The notes: generated by a model from the letters alone, not told the origin. 41,550 nucleotides of DNA from an uncultured bacterium (GCA_963923215.1 CAWULH010000001.1:1-41550), one strand, 5' to 3'. Shown: positions 21,272 to 33,581, counted from the stretch's first letter. Made by a program: numbers and translations.

Positions 21272-21375
21272 GAGAAGCTCCTTTAAGAAAAAATGATTAC
21301 GTACTTCGTAATAAGGCGAGAAGGTTACCTCCTAGGCGTGGGTTACGCCTAATTAGCGCATAACTTGGGGAAGAT

Positions 21376-23586
21376 ATGAGCATGGCCAAGCTATCGGACT
21401 CCGTCGCGAAAGTTGTTGGCGGCAAAACAGCCGAAGTTCTGGAAAAAAGCTTTGGTATGAGAACAGTTGAAGATCTCCTTCGCTATTACCCCCGTCGATA
21501 TGTTGTCAGAGGAGAACTTTCAAATATTTCTGAATTAATTGATGGTGAAGAAACAACTGTTTTGGCCGCAATCGACTCCGTTAATCATCGAAATATAAAA
21601 AGTAAACATCTTTTAGAAGTGATAATTACAGATGGCACTTCAAAAATGTCATGCACATTTTTTAATCAACCTTGGCGGGAACGTGCTCTAAAGCCTGGAA
21701 CGCAAGGGTTATTTGCCGGAAAAGTCGGAACCTTTAAGGGGAGGGCGCAGTTAACTCATCCGGATTATCACTTGATTATCGATGGTGAGAATCCCGATGA
21801 AGAAGCGGCATCCTTTGCGGGAAAATTCATCCCGGTATATCCAACTACCTCCAAGATGCAGACTTGGAAATTAACCAAATGTATTGAATTGGCAGTTGAT
21901 GCTCTAGATGATGTGGAGGACTTCATTCCCCAATCAATACTCCAAGAGTTGAAATTGCCAACTTTAAAAGAAGCTTTAAAGCGAATCCATGCACCAGAAA
22001 GTCTTGCAGATGCCGAAAGCGCTAGAAAGCGTTTAACCTTTGATGAGGCGCTCCTACTTCAACTTCTACTTGCGCAGCGTCGGGCAGAGATTGCCGGTTT
22101 AGCGGCTACCCCAAGAAATATTTCTACAGATGGCCTAGTTGCAAAGTTTGAAGCGATGTTGCCCTTTGAATATACCGAAGGCCAGATAGAAGTCATTAAA
22201 GAAATTGAAAATGATATGCAGAAGGCCCATCCAATGCATCGCTTATTACAAGGCGAAGTTGGATCCGGTAAAACAGTAATTGCATTACGTGCTGCTCTTT
22301 CAGTTATTGAATCTGGCGGACAGGCGGCATTACTTGCACCAACTGAGGTACTTGCGGTTCAACATGGAAAAACTATTGAGAAGTTACTTGGTGAATTAGC
22401 TTTTGGCGGAACAATTATTGGCGGCGAATTTGGAACTCAAATCTCACTTCTGACTGGTTCAATGTCTAAAGAAAATAAGAAGAAGGAATTGGCAAGGATT
22501 GCAAGTGGTGAAGTTGGCATCGTTGTGGGGACTCACGCATTGATCCAAGATGGAGTTGAGTTTAAAGATTTGGCCTTAGTTATTGTCGATGAGCAGCATC
22601 GTTTTGGAGTCGAACAGCGCGATGCACTTCGTATGAAAGCAAAAGTGCCACCACACTTATTAGTAATGACTGCAACTCCAATTCCGCGTACCGTCGCGAT
22701 GACTATTTTCGGGGATCTTGATATTTCAACGCTGCGGCAGTTACCGGGTGGTCGCAGTCCAATTGCAACTCACGTAATACCGGTACTGGAGAAACCAAAA
22801 TATTTAGAGAGAGCTTGGGAGAGAATTAAGGAAGAAGTTGGAAAGGGTCATCAGGCTTACATTGTTGCGCCACGTATCTCTGACAACAGTGAGACAAAAG
22901 TTAAATTTAGTGAGAAAGATATTGCGATTGCCAAGTTAATGGGAGATTCACTTGAAGATTTGGATTTAGATGAAGATTTAGCGAGCGTTGAAGGACTAGC
23001 ACCAAAATTAGCAACAGGTCCATTAAAAGGATTGAGAATCGCGCCCTTGCATGGAAGACAGAGTTCTGAACTTAAAGAAGAGACGATGGATGCATTCTCT
23101 AAAGGCGAAATCGATGTATTGGTTTCAACTACGGTAATTGAAGTCGGTGTTGATGTACCAAATGCATCAACAATGGTAATTATGGATGCAGATAGATTTG
23201 GCGTTTCACAACTTCACCAACTCCGTGGTCGAGTCGGTCGCGGAAAGGTACCTGGTCTATGCCTTCTTGTTTCTAGAAGTGCTCAAGATAGTGTCGCAAT
23301 GGAAAGGTTAAATGCAGTAGCTGGAACTTTAGATGGATTTGAATTATCAAGAATTGATTTGGATCAACGGCGGGAAGGCGATGTTTTAGGAAGTGCTCAA
23401 TCAGGAAGGAAATCCCATCTTCGATTGCTTAAAGTTTTGCGGGATGAGGCCGTAATTGAGAGTGCAAGAAAGGTAGCAATCAAGATAATCGAAGAGGATC
23501 CAAAACTTACAAATAATAAGATTCTCGCTTCAGAGGTTCTTAAACTAAAAGAACAAGAAGAGACTTCATTTATAGATAAGGGGTGA
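21376..23586 (+). CDS. recG: ATP-dependent DNA helicase RecG
   Basis: QGEVGSGKT, DEQHRFG, MTATPIPRT, QLHQLRGRVGR. Confidence 0.97.
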   Translation: MSMAKLSDSVAKVVGGKTAEVLEKSFGMRTVEDLLRYYPRRYVVRGELSNISELIDGEETTVLAAIDSVNHRNIKSKHLLEVIITDGTSKMSCTFFNQPWRERALKPGTQGLFAGKVGTFKGRAQLTHPDYHLIIDGENPDEEAASFAGKFIPVYPTTSKMQTWKLTKCIELAVDALDDVEDFIPQSILQELKLPTLKEALKRIHAPESLADAESARKRLTFDEALLLQLLLAQRRAEIAGLAATPRNISTDGLVAKFEAMLPFEYTEGQIEVIKEIENDMQKAHPMHRLLQGEVGSGKTVIALRAALSVIESGGQAALLAPTEVLAVQHGKTIEKLLGELAFGGTIIGGEFGTQISLLTGSMSKENKKKELARIASGEVGIVVGTHALIQDGVEFKDLALVIVDEQHRFGVEQRDALRMKAKVPPHLLVMTATPIPRTVAMTIFGDLDISTLRQLPGGRSPIATHVIPVLEKPKYLERAWERIKEEVGKGHQAYIVAPRISDNSETKVKFSEKDIAIAKLMGDSLEDLDLDEDLASVEGLAPKLATGPLKGLRIAPLHGRQSSELKEETMDAFSKGEIDVLVSTTVIEVGVDVPNASTMVIMDADRFGVSQLHQLRGRVGRGKVPGLCLLVSRSAQDSVAMERLNAVAGTLDGFELSRIDLDQRREGDVLGSAQSGRKSHLRLLKVLRDEAVIESARKVAIKIIEEDPKLTNNKILASEVLKLKEQEETSFIDKG

Positions 23587-24164
23587 GTATGAGAATTATT
23601 GGCGGAAGTGCAAAAGGTAAGAATCTTTACTCACCATCGGAGAGAACGAGACCTACTTCGGATCGCGCCCGAGAAGGACTTTTTTCTTCTTTGGAATCTG
23701 AATTTGGATCTATTTCGGATTTAAAATTTCTTGATCTCTTCTCTGGATCCGGAGCAGTTGGAGTTGAAGCACTTTCACGAGGTGCTGCTTTCGTTCAATC
23801 AGTAGAGCAGGATAGAAGTACGGCGCAAATAGCAGAGAAAAACTTTCAACTTGTAAATGGAGTGAGCGGAACTTTTAGAGTAGATGCAGAGCGGGCAGGT
23901 AAATATTTATCTGTTCCAGCTGAAATACAATTCGATATTATTTTTTTAGATCCACCATATGAACTTCCAAATAAAGAAATTGAGAAATTATTGCGAGCAA
24001 TTCTGAAAAATAATTATTTAAAAAGTGATGGAATAATTGCAGTTGAACGAGAGTCCAAAAGTAAAGAATTTATTTGGCCATCTCCGCTGGTTGGTACAAA
24101 AGTACGCGGATATGGACAGGGAAGTATCTACTATGGGACCAACTCTGCTAACTTTAATCCGTGA
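23583..24164 (+). CDS. rsmD: 16S rRNA m2G966 methyltransferase
   Basis: TRPTSDRARE, LDLFSGSG, DPPY. Confidence 0.93.
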   Translation: MSMRIIGGSAKGKNLYSPSERTRPTSDRAREGLFSSLESEFGSISDLKFLDLFSGSGAVGVEALSRGAAFVQSVEQDRSTAQIAEKNFQLVNGVSGTFRVDAERAGKYLSVPAEIQFDIIFLDPPYELPNKEIEKLLRAILKNNYLKSDGIIAVERESKSKEFIWPSPLVGTKVRGYGQGSIYYGTNSANFNP

Positions 24165-24637
24165 ATAAAGTTGTCTGCCCTGGATCATTTGACCCAATAA
24201 CTTTTGGCCACTTAGATATTATTGAACGTGCAGCAAACCGTTTTGATGAAGTAGTAATTGCCGTCCTCGTAAATAAAACTAAATCAACGCTATTTACCGT
24301 TGACGAGCGTATTGAAATGATAAAAGAAGTTACTGCAAAGCATAAGAATGTAAGAGTTGACTCTTGGTCTGGGCTCCTTGTTGATTATTGCCATGCAAAT
24401 GGGATTTCTATGATTGTTAAGGGGTTGCGTGCGGTAACTGATTTCGATTATGAATTGCAGATGTCTCAGGTAAACCTGCAATTAAAGAATATCGAGACTA
24501 TTTTTATGTCAACTTCTCCTGAACACTCTTTCATCTCATCCTCACTTGTGAAGGAAGTTGCAAGTTATGGCGGGGATGTTTCAAACTATGTCCCAGCAGA
24601 GATTTTAAGTCGCTTAAACAAGAGGGTAGCGAGGTAA
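24161..24637 (+). CDS. coaD: Phosphopantetheine adenylyltransferase
   Basis: PGSFDPITFGHLD, KGLR, ISSSLVKE. Confidence 0.97.
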   Translation: MNKVVCPGSFDPITFGHLDIIERAANRFDEVVIAVLVNKTKSTLFTVDERIEMIKEVTAKHKNVRVDSWSGLLVDYCHANGISMIVKGLRAVTDFDYELQMSQVNLQLKNIETIFMSTSPEHSFISSSLVKEVASYGGDVSNYVPAEILSRLNKRVAR

Positions 24638-24639
24638 AT

Positions 24640-25122
24640 ATGGAAGCAATTGAGAAACTAGCATCGGCAATCACTATGGTTGAAGAGGCCAAGAGCGTTC
24701 CACTATCTGCTTCATGCATTATTCATAGAGGTGAACTACTTGCGATTCTTGATCAGGCGCGGGTGGCACTCCCATCTGATTTGGAACGAGCAATGAAGGT
24801 ACTTCGTGAACAGGAACGTTTAATTAAAGAGGCAAAAGAAAGTGCAGATGCACTTATTGCCCAAGCTCGCGAAGAAGTCTCATCCATGGTGGCGCAAACT
24901 GAAATAGTTGCAGCAGCCAGAAAAGAGGCAAAAAAAATAATTGATGAAGTCAATAATGAATCAGAGGCACAGCAAGAGGAGATCGATGCTTATGTCGATG
25001 CCAGACTTGCAACACTTGAAGTCATTCTTAATAAAACTCTTGACACAATTACCAAAGGAAGGGAGCGTCTTGCTGGAATCGACGTTAAATCTGCCCTCAC
25101 TGAATTGAGCGATAAGAAATAA
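24640..25122 (+). CDS. Coiled-coil protein, SepIVA/DivIVA-like
   Basis: VEEAKSVPLSASCI..ELL..LP motif and long coiled coil; conserved coaD-X-DUF177-rpmF-rnc position. Confidence 0.7.
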   Translation: MEAIEKLASAITMVEEAKSVPLSASCIIHRGELLAILDQARVALPSDLERAMKVLREQERLIKEAKESADALIAQAREEVSSMVAQTEIVAAARKEAKKIIDEVNNESEAQQEEIDAYVDARLATLEVILNKTLDTITKGRERLAGIDVKSALTELSDKK

Positions 25123-25125
25123 GAA

Positions 25126-25716
25126 ATGGCTCGTAGCCCCTTCCTCTTTAATACGCATGACTTGCCACGTAGAGCAGGCGAAATGCGGGAATATAACCTG
25201 CACATCACAAATCATGGGGAACTGGGATTTGATGTTCTGGCTATAAGTAAAGATGAACCAATTGATATTGATTTAAAAATTGAATCAGTATCAGAGGGTG
25301 TTCTGGCTTCTGCCCATATTGAATCGGTAGCAATAGGGGAATGTGGCCGTTGTCTAGATAAATTAGAGTTCGACATCTCAGAAGATTTCCAAGAGTTATA
25401 TGAGTACGAGAAAGATCGGCGTCATAAAGAGAAAAATAAAGTAAAAAAGAGCGAAGATGAAGAAGATGATGAACTAGAAGTCCGTCAGATGGATGGCGAT
25501 GAAATAGATTTAGATGGACCGATTAGAGATGCAATAATTTTAAATCTTCCATTAAATCCTCTTTGTAAACCAGATTGCAAAGGACTCTGTCCAGAATGTG
25601 GTGAGAAAATTGAGAATCTCCCACCAGATCACGCACATGAAAAAATCGATGCTAGATGGGCGGCACTTGGAGACCTCGCAGAGCGATTATCGAATGAAAA
25701 TAAGCGGGAGAATTAG
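25126..25716 (+). CDS. DUF177/YceD family protein
   Basis: ECGRCL, PLCKPDCKGLCPECG, DARWAAL. Confidence 0.92.
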   Translation: MARSPFLFNTHDLPRRAGEMREYNLHITNHGELGFDVLAISKDEPIDIDLKIESVSEGVLASAHIESVAIGECGRCLDKLEFDISEDFQELYEYEKDRRHKEKNKVKKSEDEEDDELEVRQMDGDEIDLDGPIRDAIILNLPLNPLCKPDCKGLCPECGEKIENLPPDHAHEKIDARWAALGDLAERLSNENKREN

Positions 25717-25788
25717 TCGATTTTAAGAATTTGGGGCCTTCGCCTAGAATCACCACCTCAAATATTTTAAGTTTTAAAGGAGCGCACC

Positions 25789-25962
25789 ATGCCAGTACCT
25801 AAGCGAAAAATGTCTCGCGCACGTACCCGCCATCGTCGTAGCGCATGGAAGACAACTCCTGCTGCTACTTCTACTTGCAGCCAATGTAATCAACCTAAGT
25901 TGCAACATACTGCGTGCCCAACTTGCGGCACATATAACCGCCGTCAAGTTCTAGAGGTTTGA
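25789..25962 (+). CDS. rpmF: 50S ribosomal protein L32 (57 aa, missing from ORF track)
   Basis: MPVPKRKMSRARTRHRRSAWK..CSQC..CPTCGTYNRRQV; SD AAGGAG. Confidence 0.96.
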   Translation: MPVPKRKMSRARTRHRRSAWKTTPAATSTCSQCNQPKLQHTACPTCGTYNRRQVLEV

Positions 25963-25963
25963 T

Positions 25964-26635
25964 TTGTACTCAGCGCTAATTAAAGCGTTGGGAATTTCTG
26001 TTAAAACAGAGTTAATTGATCTTGCGCTAACTCACCGTTCATTTGCATATGAATCTGGTGGAATTCCTACAAATGAACGTTTGGAATTTTTAGGCGATAG
26101 CGTTCTAGGTTTAGTTGTTACTCAAGAACTTTATGAACAACTGCCTGATATGGATGAATCAAGACTCTCACCTCTTAGGTCAGGAGTTGTAAATACAAAA
26201 GCACTCGCTCAAATCGCACGAGATTTAAAAGTCGGCGATTTTCTTCGAATTGGAAAAGGCGAGGAGAGCTCGGGTGGTAGAGATAAAAATTCAATACTTG
26301 CAGATGCTCTTGAGGCGTTAGTAGGCGCGATCTATCTAGAACATGGATTTGAAGCCACTTCGAAAATCATCTTAAATTGGTTTAAGCCGGTAATTGCTGA
26401 TGCTATGGCGCAAGGAATGGGAATTGATGGAAAGACAGCGCTTCAAGAATTAACCTCTGCAAAAAATCTTGGCCTACCTGAGTATCAAGTTACTGAATCT
26501 GGTCCAGATCACGATAAAAGTTTTGCTGCAAAAGTTTTAGTAAATGGAAATGTTATTGGAAGTGGTGAAGGAAAAAGTAAGCGAGATGCCGAGCAAGCAG
26601 CTGCTCGTGCTGCATATTTGAAATTAAATGCCTGA
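25964..26635 (+). CDS. rnc: Ribonuclease III
   Basis: ALTHRS, NERLEFLGDSVL, dsRBD with GPDH. Confidence 0.97.
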   Translation: MYSALIKALGISVKTELIDLALTHRSFAYESGGIPTNERLEFLGDSVLGLVVTQELYEQLPDMDESRLSPLRSGVVNTKALAQIARDLKVGDFLRIGKGEESSGGRDKNSILADALEALVGAIYLEHGFEATSKIILNWFKPVIADAMAQGMGIDGKTALQELTSAKNLGLPEYQVTESGPDHDKSFAAKVLVNGNVIGSGEGKSKRDAEQAAARAAYLKLNA

Positions 26636-27497
26636 ATTACCGGAGGTTGAGACTGTAAGGCTTGGCCTTGAAAAGCACGCAGTTGGAAGAAAAATTAATG
26701 GGGTCGCAATACTCCATCCGCGGGCGACAAATTCGAATTCGATAGCGCCAATTTCTGCTATTAGGGGCTCAAAAATTCAATCAGTAAAGCGTCGTGGCAA
26801 ATTTCTCTGGTTTGAACTAGATAAAGATTTCGCTTTGGTAGCACATCTTGGTATGAGTGGTCAGTTCAAATTTAAGCCAGCCAAGGCACCAAAAGAGGCT
26901 CATTCCCGAGCAATTCTTAATTTAGGCGATTCTGATTTACATTTTGTTGACCAACGAACCTTTGGCTGGCTATCTGTTGAAGAGTTGATTAATGGTTTAC
27001 CAAATAGTGTTCAACATATTGCACCAGACCCATTTGATCCAAACTTTAAATTGAAATCAGTAATTGAGGATTATTTGAGTCGCAAGACTGAGATAAAGCG
27101 AGCCCTGTTAAATCAAGAGATTATGAGTGGTATCGGAAATATTTATGCTGATGAAGCACTCTGGTATGCCCGAATAAACCCAATGCAACTATGTGAAAAA
27201 TTATCTAGTACTCAGATAAAAAATATTATTACCGCAGCAAAGAAAGTGATGGCGAAGTCGCTAAAAGCCGGCGGCACTTCATTTGATGATTTATATGTGA
27301 ATGTAAATGGCGAAAGTGGTTATTTTGAAAGATCACTTCGGGTTTATGGCCTGGAAGGAGAGCCCTGCAAGCGCTGTGGAAAACTAATCCGACGTGTGGC
27401 ATTCGCCAATCGATCGTCACATTTCTGCCCTAATTGCCAACCGATTCCGCGCGGCAAGAGTTCGCAAATCAAGGGTCGTAACCGAACTTTCCGATAG
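26628..27497 (+). CDS. mutM: Formamidopyrimidine-DNA glycosylase
   Basis: MPELPEVE, HLGMSG, GIGNIYADE, C-terminal zinc finger. Confidence 0.97.
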   Translation: MPELPEVETVRLGLEKHAVGRKINGVAILHPRATNSNSIAPISAIRGSKIQSVKRRGKFLWFELDKDFALVAHLGMSGQFKFKPAKAPKEAHSRAILNLGDSDLHFVDQRTFGWLSVEELINGLPNSVQHIAPDPFDPNFKLKSVIEDYLSRKTEIKRALLNQEIMSGIGNIYADEALWYARINPMQLCEKLSSTQIKNIITAAKKVMAKSLKAGGTSFDDLYVNVNGESGYFERSLRVYGLEGEPCKRCGKLIRRVAFANRSSHFCPNCQPIPRGKSSQIKGRNRTFR

Positions 27498-27506
27498 GTT
27501 GAGACT

Positions 27507-30500
27507 ATGTATTTGAAGAGCCTGACGCTGAAGGGTTTTAAATCCTTCGCTTCGAGCACTACGCTCAATTTTGAACCAGGTATTACCTGCGTCGTCGGAC
27601 CAAATGGCTCTGGAAAATCAAATGTTATTGATGCTCTCTCATGGGTTTTGGGCGAGCAGGGAGCGAAATCCCTCCGCGGCGGAAAGATGGAAGATGTTAT
27701 TTTCGCCGGAACTTCTGGAAGAGCGCCACTCGGTCGCGCTGAAGTTGCAGTGACGATTGATAATACAGATGGTTCACTTCCCATTGATTACACAGAAGTA
27801 ACCATTTCAAGAATCCTTTTCCGAAACGGCGCAAGCGAATATCAGATTAATGGTGAATCAAGTCGATTACTAGATATTCAAGAGTTGTTAAGCGATTCAG
27901 GTATAGGTCGCGAAATGCACGTAATTGTTGGGCAAGGACAATTAGATGGGATTCTCCTTGCAAATCCAGAAGAGCGACGTGCATATATTGAAGAAGCAGC
28001 TGGAGTTTTAAAACACCGAAAACGTAAAGAGAAGGCTCTTCGCAAGTTAGATTCAATGCAAGGTAATTTCGCTAGAATTCAAGATTTAACAGTTGAGCTT
28101 CGACGCCAATTAAAACCTCTAGGTAAACAGGCAGAGGTGGCACGTAAAGCGTCAGTAATTCAATCAGATGTACGTGATTCAAGGTTGCGACTTTTAGCTG
28201 ATGATTTAATCCAACTTAATGCAAATGCAGATGCAGAAATTGCAGACGAGACTGCGCTTCGCGCACGTCGGGATGGAGTTGAACGAGAGTTAAATGAGAC
28301 GAGACTTCGAGAAGAAGAGTTAGATCGATTAGCCGCAATTGAAAATCCATTACTCACTCGGGCGCAAGAAAATTACTACCAATTAAATGCTGGTAGAGAA
28401 AAATTCCGTGGAATTCAAAACTTAGCTTCTGAGCGAGCAAGATTCTTATCAGAAGAAATTGAAGAAGCACGTGCATCGGGACGAGACCCAGAAAGCTTAG
28501 ATCGCGAGGCTGCCATACTTCGAGAAGAAGAACTTGGTATCCGAACTGAAGTTTCAACTGCAAAAGGAGCACTTGCAACCGTTTCAGAAGAATTAAAGAA
28601 TCTTGATGCCCTATTAACTGCCGAAGAGAATTTAGTTTCGGCATCTCTGCGCGCAATTGCAGATCAAAGAGAAGGTACTGCCCGCCAAGAAGGACATATC
28701 AATGGCCTCCGCTCAAGAATAGATGCAACAAACTCTGAAATCACTCGCCTTACAAACGCGCGCGATCAAGCATTTGAACGTTTAAATAAATTTAAAGAGG
28801 AATATGCAATCCTCGAAACTCAAATTGCTTCACTAGATGCGGGAGAGCCAGGACTAGATGGCGAATTTGAAAGTGCAAAATCAAATCTTGAAAATGCACG
28901 CCGTGATTTAAATTCACTTCGAGAGAAGGAAATTTCTTCATCCAAATCAAAAGCGACACTCGAAGGAAGACTCCGTGCGTTACAAGAGAGTTTGGTTTCT
29001 AAAGATGGATCTGCAACGGTTCTTTCAAGTGGAATTAGATCTAGGGGACGTCTTGCTTCATTAATTAACATTTCAAAAGGATGGGAAGTGGCAGTCTCTG
29101 CAGCGCTCGGGCCGCTTGCCGATTCAGTAGTTGTTGCAGATGTAGCCTCGGCAATCTCTGCATTAAATTTACTAAAGCGCGACTCTGCTGGCCGTACTGA
29201 ATTGATGGTGGTCGATAGTAGTTTGACGGGAATCAGCCGGGCTATTCCTCAAGGTTTTACTCCGCTTGCATCACTCGTTTCCTCAGTTGAAATCTCAGAT
29301 GCGATTAAACATTTACTGCAAGGAATTGTTGCGGTGGAAAATCTCAGTGAAGCTGAGAGCGCACTGGCTGCAGAACCAACTGTTGTAGCTATTACCCGTG
29401 ATGGTGATGTAGTAAGCCGAAATCGAATACGTGGTGGCTCACCTACATCTTCATCTGCAATTGAAATTTCCTCTTTAATTGAGAAAACTGAATCAGAGTT
29501 ACAGACTATTTCTGCTGAATGCGATAGGTATAAATTTGATATTGCCCGCGCGGAAGAGACCCTAAATTCCCGTCAGAATATTTTTGATGTCGCCCTCTCA
29601 AAATTAAATGAGTCCGATGCAAAAATGTCAGGACTGGCGGAACAGATTGCGATTGCTGGGCAAAATGTAAAGTCTGCTAATGATGAGTTAGAACGTTTAA
29701 CAAACTCTTTAACTGAGGCAACCGAACAACGATCATCGGATGAAGTAGATCTTCAGGCAGCAATCGCCCAATTTGAATCAAATCAGGCTCCAGCAGAACC
29801 AGATTTAACTCATCTTGAAGATTTAAGGTCAAAAGTCTCTGCGGCCCGTTCAATTGAAGTTGAAGCTAGATTAAATGTGAGAACTTTGGAAGAGCGAGCA
29901 AACGCAGTAGCAGATCGAGCCAGAGCACTCGAAGTTGCCGCAGCACATGAGCGTGAGAGTGCGACTCTTGCAGTGACTCGGCGCGAACAGAGAGCTCAGG
30001 CTGCAATTACCGCGCAAGCTATTGCCGATGCTGCTTATGAAGCATTGATTCAAATTGAAGTTTCTATTTCAAAAGCTACAAATGAACGGGAACGACTTGA
30101 ATCATCACGGTCTTCACGCGAGAGTGAGTTATTACAACTACGTGTGCGGGGTCGAGAACTTACAACTGAGTTAGAAGTATTAACTTCAAGTGTCCATAAA
30201 GATGAGATGGCTCGTCAAGAGCAGCGAATGAAGATTGAACAACTTGAACTCCGTGCAGTAGAAGAACTTGGCGTCGATGTCCCTACATTATTAAATGAGT
30301 ATGGACCAAGTAATGATGTTCCAACTTTTGACGAAGATGATCAAGGAAATTTTGTACCTGGACCTTTAATTCCATATCGCCGGGACCAACAAGAAAAGCG
30401 ATTGGCTCAAGCGGAAAAAGCCCTTGCTTTACTTGGAAAGATAAATCCACTCGCTCTGGAAGAGTACTCAGCGCTTGAAGAACGGTTACGTTACCTTGCA

Positions 30501-31040
30501 GAGCAACTTGAGGATTTAAAAAAGACTAAGAATGATCTTTTAGACATTATTAAAGAGGTAGATGAGAAAGTACAAGAGATTTTCACCGATGCTTTCCGCG
30601 ATACTGCACGCGAGTTTGAAATAATTTTTGCAAGGCTCTTCCCGGGCGGAGATGGAAAACTAATACTTACTAATCCTGAGGATCCAACGACCTCTGGAGT
30701 AGATGTTGAGGCTCGCCCTCCAGGAAAACGCGTAAAAAGACTCTCTCTTCTTTCAGGTGGCGAGCGCTCTTTAGTTGCTGTCGCACTACTTGTTGCAATA
30801 TTTAAGGCGCGTCCAAGCCCGTTCTATATTATGGATGAGGTTGAAGCGGCACTTGATGACACAAATCTAGGTCGACTACTTGGTGTCTTTGATGAACTAC
30901 GTGAAAAATCACAGCTAATTATCATCACGCATCAGAAGCGCACTATGGAGATTGCTGATGCGCTTTACGGTGTAACGATGAAGGGCGATGGCGTCTCTGA
31001 AGTTATTTCACAGCGCATCCGTGAATCCGAAAACGTTTAA
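27507..31040 (+). CDS. smc: Chromosome segregation protein SMC
   Basis: GPNGSGKSN, long coiled coils with hinge, LSGGE, IMDEVEAALD. Confidence 0.98.
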   Translation: MYLKSLTLKGFKSFASSTTLNFEPGITCVVGPNGSGKSNVIDALSWVLGEQGAKSLRGGKMEDVIFAGTSGRAPLGRAEVAVTIDNTDGSLPIDYTEVTISRILFRNGASEYQINGESSRLLDIQELLSDSGIGREMHVIVGQGQLDGILLANPEERRAYIEEAAGVLKHRKRKEKALRKLDSMQGNFARIQDLTVELRRQLKPLGKQAEVARKASVIQSDVRDSRLRLLADDLIQLNANADAEIADETALRARRDGVERELNETRLREEELDRLAAIENPLLTRAQENYYQLNAGREKFRGIQNLASERARFLSEEIEEARASGRDPESLDREAAILREEELGIRTEVSTAKGALATVSEELKNLDALLTAEENLVSASLRAIADQREGTARQEGHINGLRSRIDATNSEITRLTNARDQAFERLNKFKEEYAILETQIASLDAGEPGLDGEFESAKSNLENARRDLNSLREKEISSSKSKATLEGRLRALQESLVSKDGSATVLSSGIRSRGRLASLINISKGWEVAVSAALGPLADSVVVADVASAISALNLLKRDSAGRTELMVVDSSLTGISRAIPQGFTPLASLVSSVEISDAIKHLLQGIVAVENLSEAESALAAEPTVVAITRDGDVVSRNRIRGGSPTSSSAIEISSLIEKTESELQTISAECDRYKFDIARAEETLNSRQNIFDVALSKLNESDAKMSGLAEQIAIAGQNVKSANDELERLTNSLTEATEQRSSDEVDLQAAIAQFESNQAPAEPDLTHLEDLRSKVSAARSIEVEARLNVRTLEERANAVADRARALEVAAAHERESATLAVTRREQRAQAAITAQAIADAAYEALIQIEVSISKATNERERLESSRSSRESELLQLRVRGRELTTELEVLTSSVHKDEMARQEQRMKIEQLELRAVEELGVDVPTLLNEYGPSNDVPTFDEDDQGNFVPGPLIPYRRDQQEKRLAQAEKALALLGKINPLALEEYSALEERLRYLAEQLEDLKKTKNDLLDIIKEVDEKVQEIFTDAFRDTAREFEIIFARLFPGGDGKLILTNPEDPTTSGVDVEARPPGKRVKRLSLLSGGERSLVAVALLVAIFKARPSPFYIMDEVEAALDDTNLGRLLGVFDELREKSQLIIITHQKRTMEIADALYGVTMKGDGVSEVISQRIRESENV

Positions 31041-31048
31041 TTAAGTAA

Positions 31049-31870
31049 ATGGGTCTTTTTTCGCGCCTATTAGAGAAAGTCAAAAGTGGGCTTACTTCAT
31101 CCTCTGACCTTGGTGAAATAGAGAAGGCATTAATTGAGTCCGATCTTGGCGCTACAAATGTCAGAGAATTATTAGAAATTGCAAAGATATCTAAGGATGA
31201 GGAATCCGTTCTTAATGCGCTTAGAAGTTGGCTAAGTCCAAGAGATCGCACCCTGGCTCATGGTGAGGAGTTGCAGACAGTTCTAGTAGTAGGAGTAAAC
31301 GGCACAGGCAAAACGACAACATCAGCGAAATTAAGTGCATTACTAAAAAGTAAAAATAAAAAAGTATTACTCGTTGCAGCAGATACCTTCCGTGCTGCAG
31401 CAATTGAACAGTTGCAAACCTGGGGTGAGCGCTTATCTATTCCAGTTATTACGGGTCCAGCAAATAGTGATCCAGCGGCAATTGCTTTTGATGGAGCCAG
31501 ACAAGCTATTGCAGTTAGTGTGGATTATTTAGTAATAGATACTGCGGGACGACTCCACACAAAAATTGGATTAATGGATGAACTTGGGAAGATTAAAAGA
31601 GTAGTTGAGAAGTCCACGCCCATAAATGAAGTTCTACTTGTTATTGACGCTACTACTGGACAGAATGGATTGGCACAGGCCAAGATATTTATTGAAAGTG
31701 TTGCTGTAACAGGGTTAATTCTTACCAAGTTAGATGGAAGTGCAAAAGGCGGAATCGCACTTGCAATTGAGAAAGAGACCGGAATCCCAATCAAATTTAT
31801 TGGGACTGGTGAGCGGGTGACCGATTTTGCTCCATTTGATGCGGATTCTTATTTAAGGGGTCTTCTGTAA
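31049..31870 (+). CDS. ftsY: SRP receptor FtsY (NG domain only)
   Basis: GVNGTGKTT, DTFRAAA, DTAGR, TKLDGSAKGG. Confidence 0.96.
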   Translation: MGLFSRLLEKVKSGLTSSSDLGEIEKALIESDLGATNVRELLEIAKISKDEESVLNALRSWLSPRDRTLAHGEELQTVLVVGVNGTGKTTTSAKLSALLKSKNKKVLLVAADTFRAAAIEQLQTWGERLSIPVITGPANSDPAAIAFDGARQAIAVSVDYLVIDTAGRLHTKIGLMDELGKIKRVVEKSTPINEVLLVIDATTGQNGLAQAKIFIESVAVTGLILTKLDGSAKGGIALAIEKETGIPIKFIGTGERVTDFAPFDADSYLRGLL

Positions 31871-31998
31871 CCTATATTTAACAAAAGCTCCCATTTTTTG
31901 ACCACCTCTTAATATTTCAAATGAACTTCTGAAATACGAGACTGAGAATCTTCCACCCATACTCAATGGCGAGGTACTTAATATCTTTAGGGGAGATT

Positions 31999-33581
<1,583 letters not shown>

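Noticed and set aside
27507-31040. SMC as a Wadjet/Mks defence component
   Set aside because: Canonical housekeeping SMC in the mutM-smc-ftsY context, with no jet/mks partner genes
31941-31995. CTGAGA...ACCC upstream of amtB, TPP-like
   Set aside because: Remaining riboswitch core missing and the gene context is unrelated
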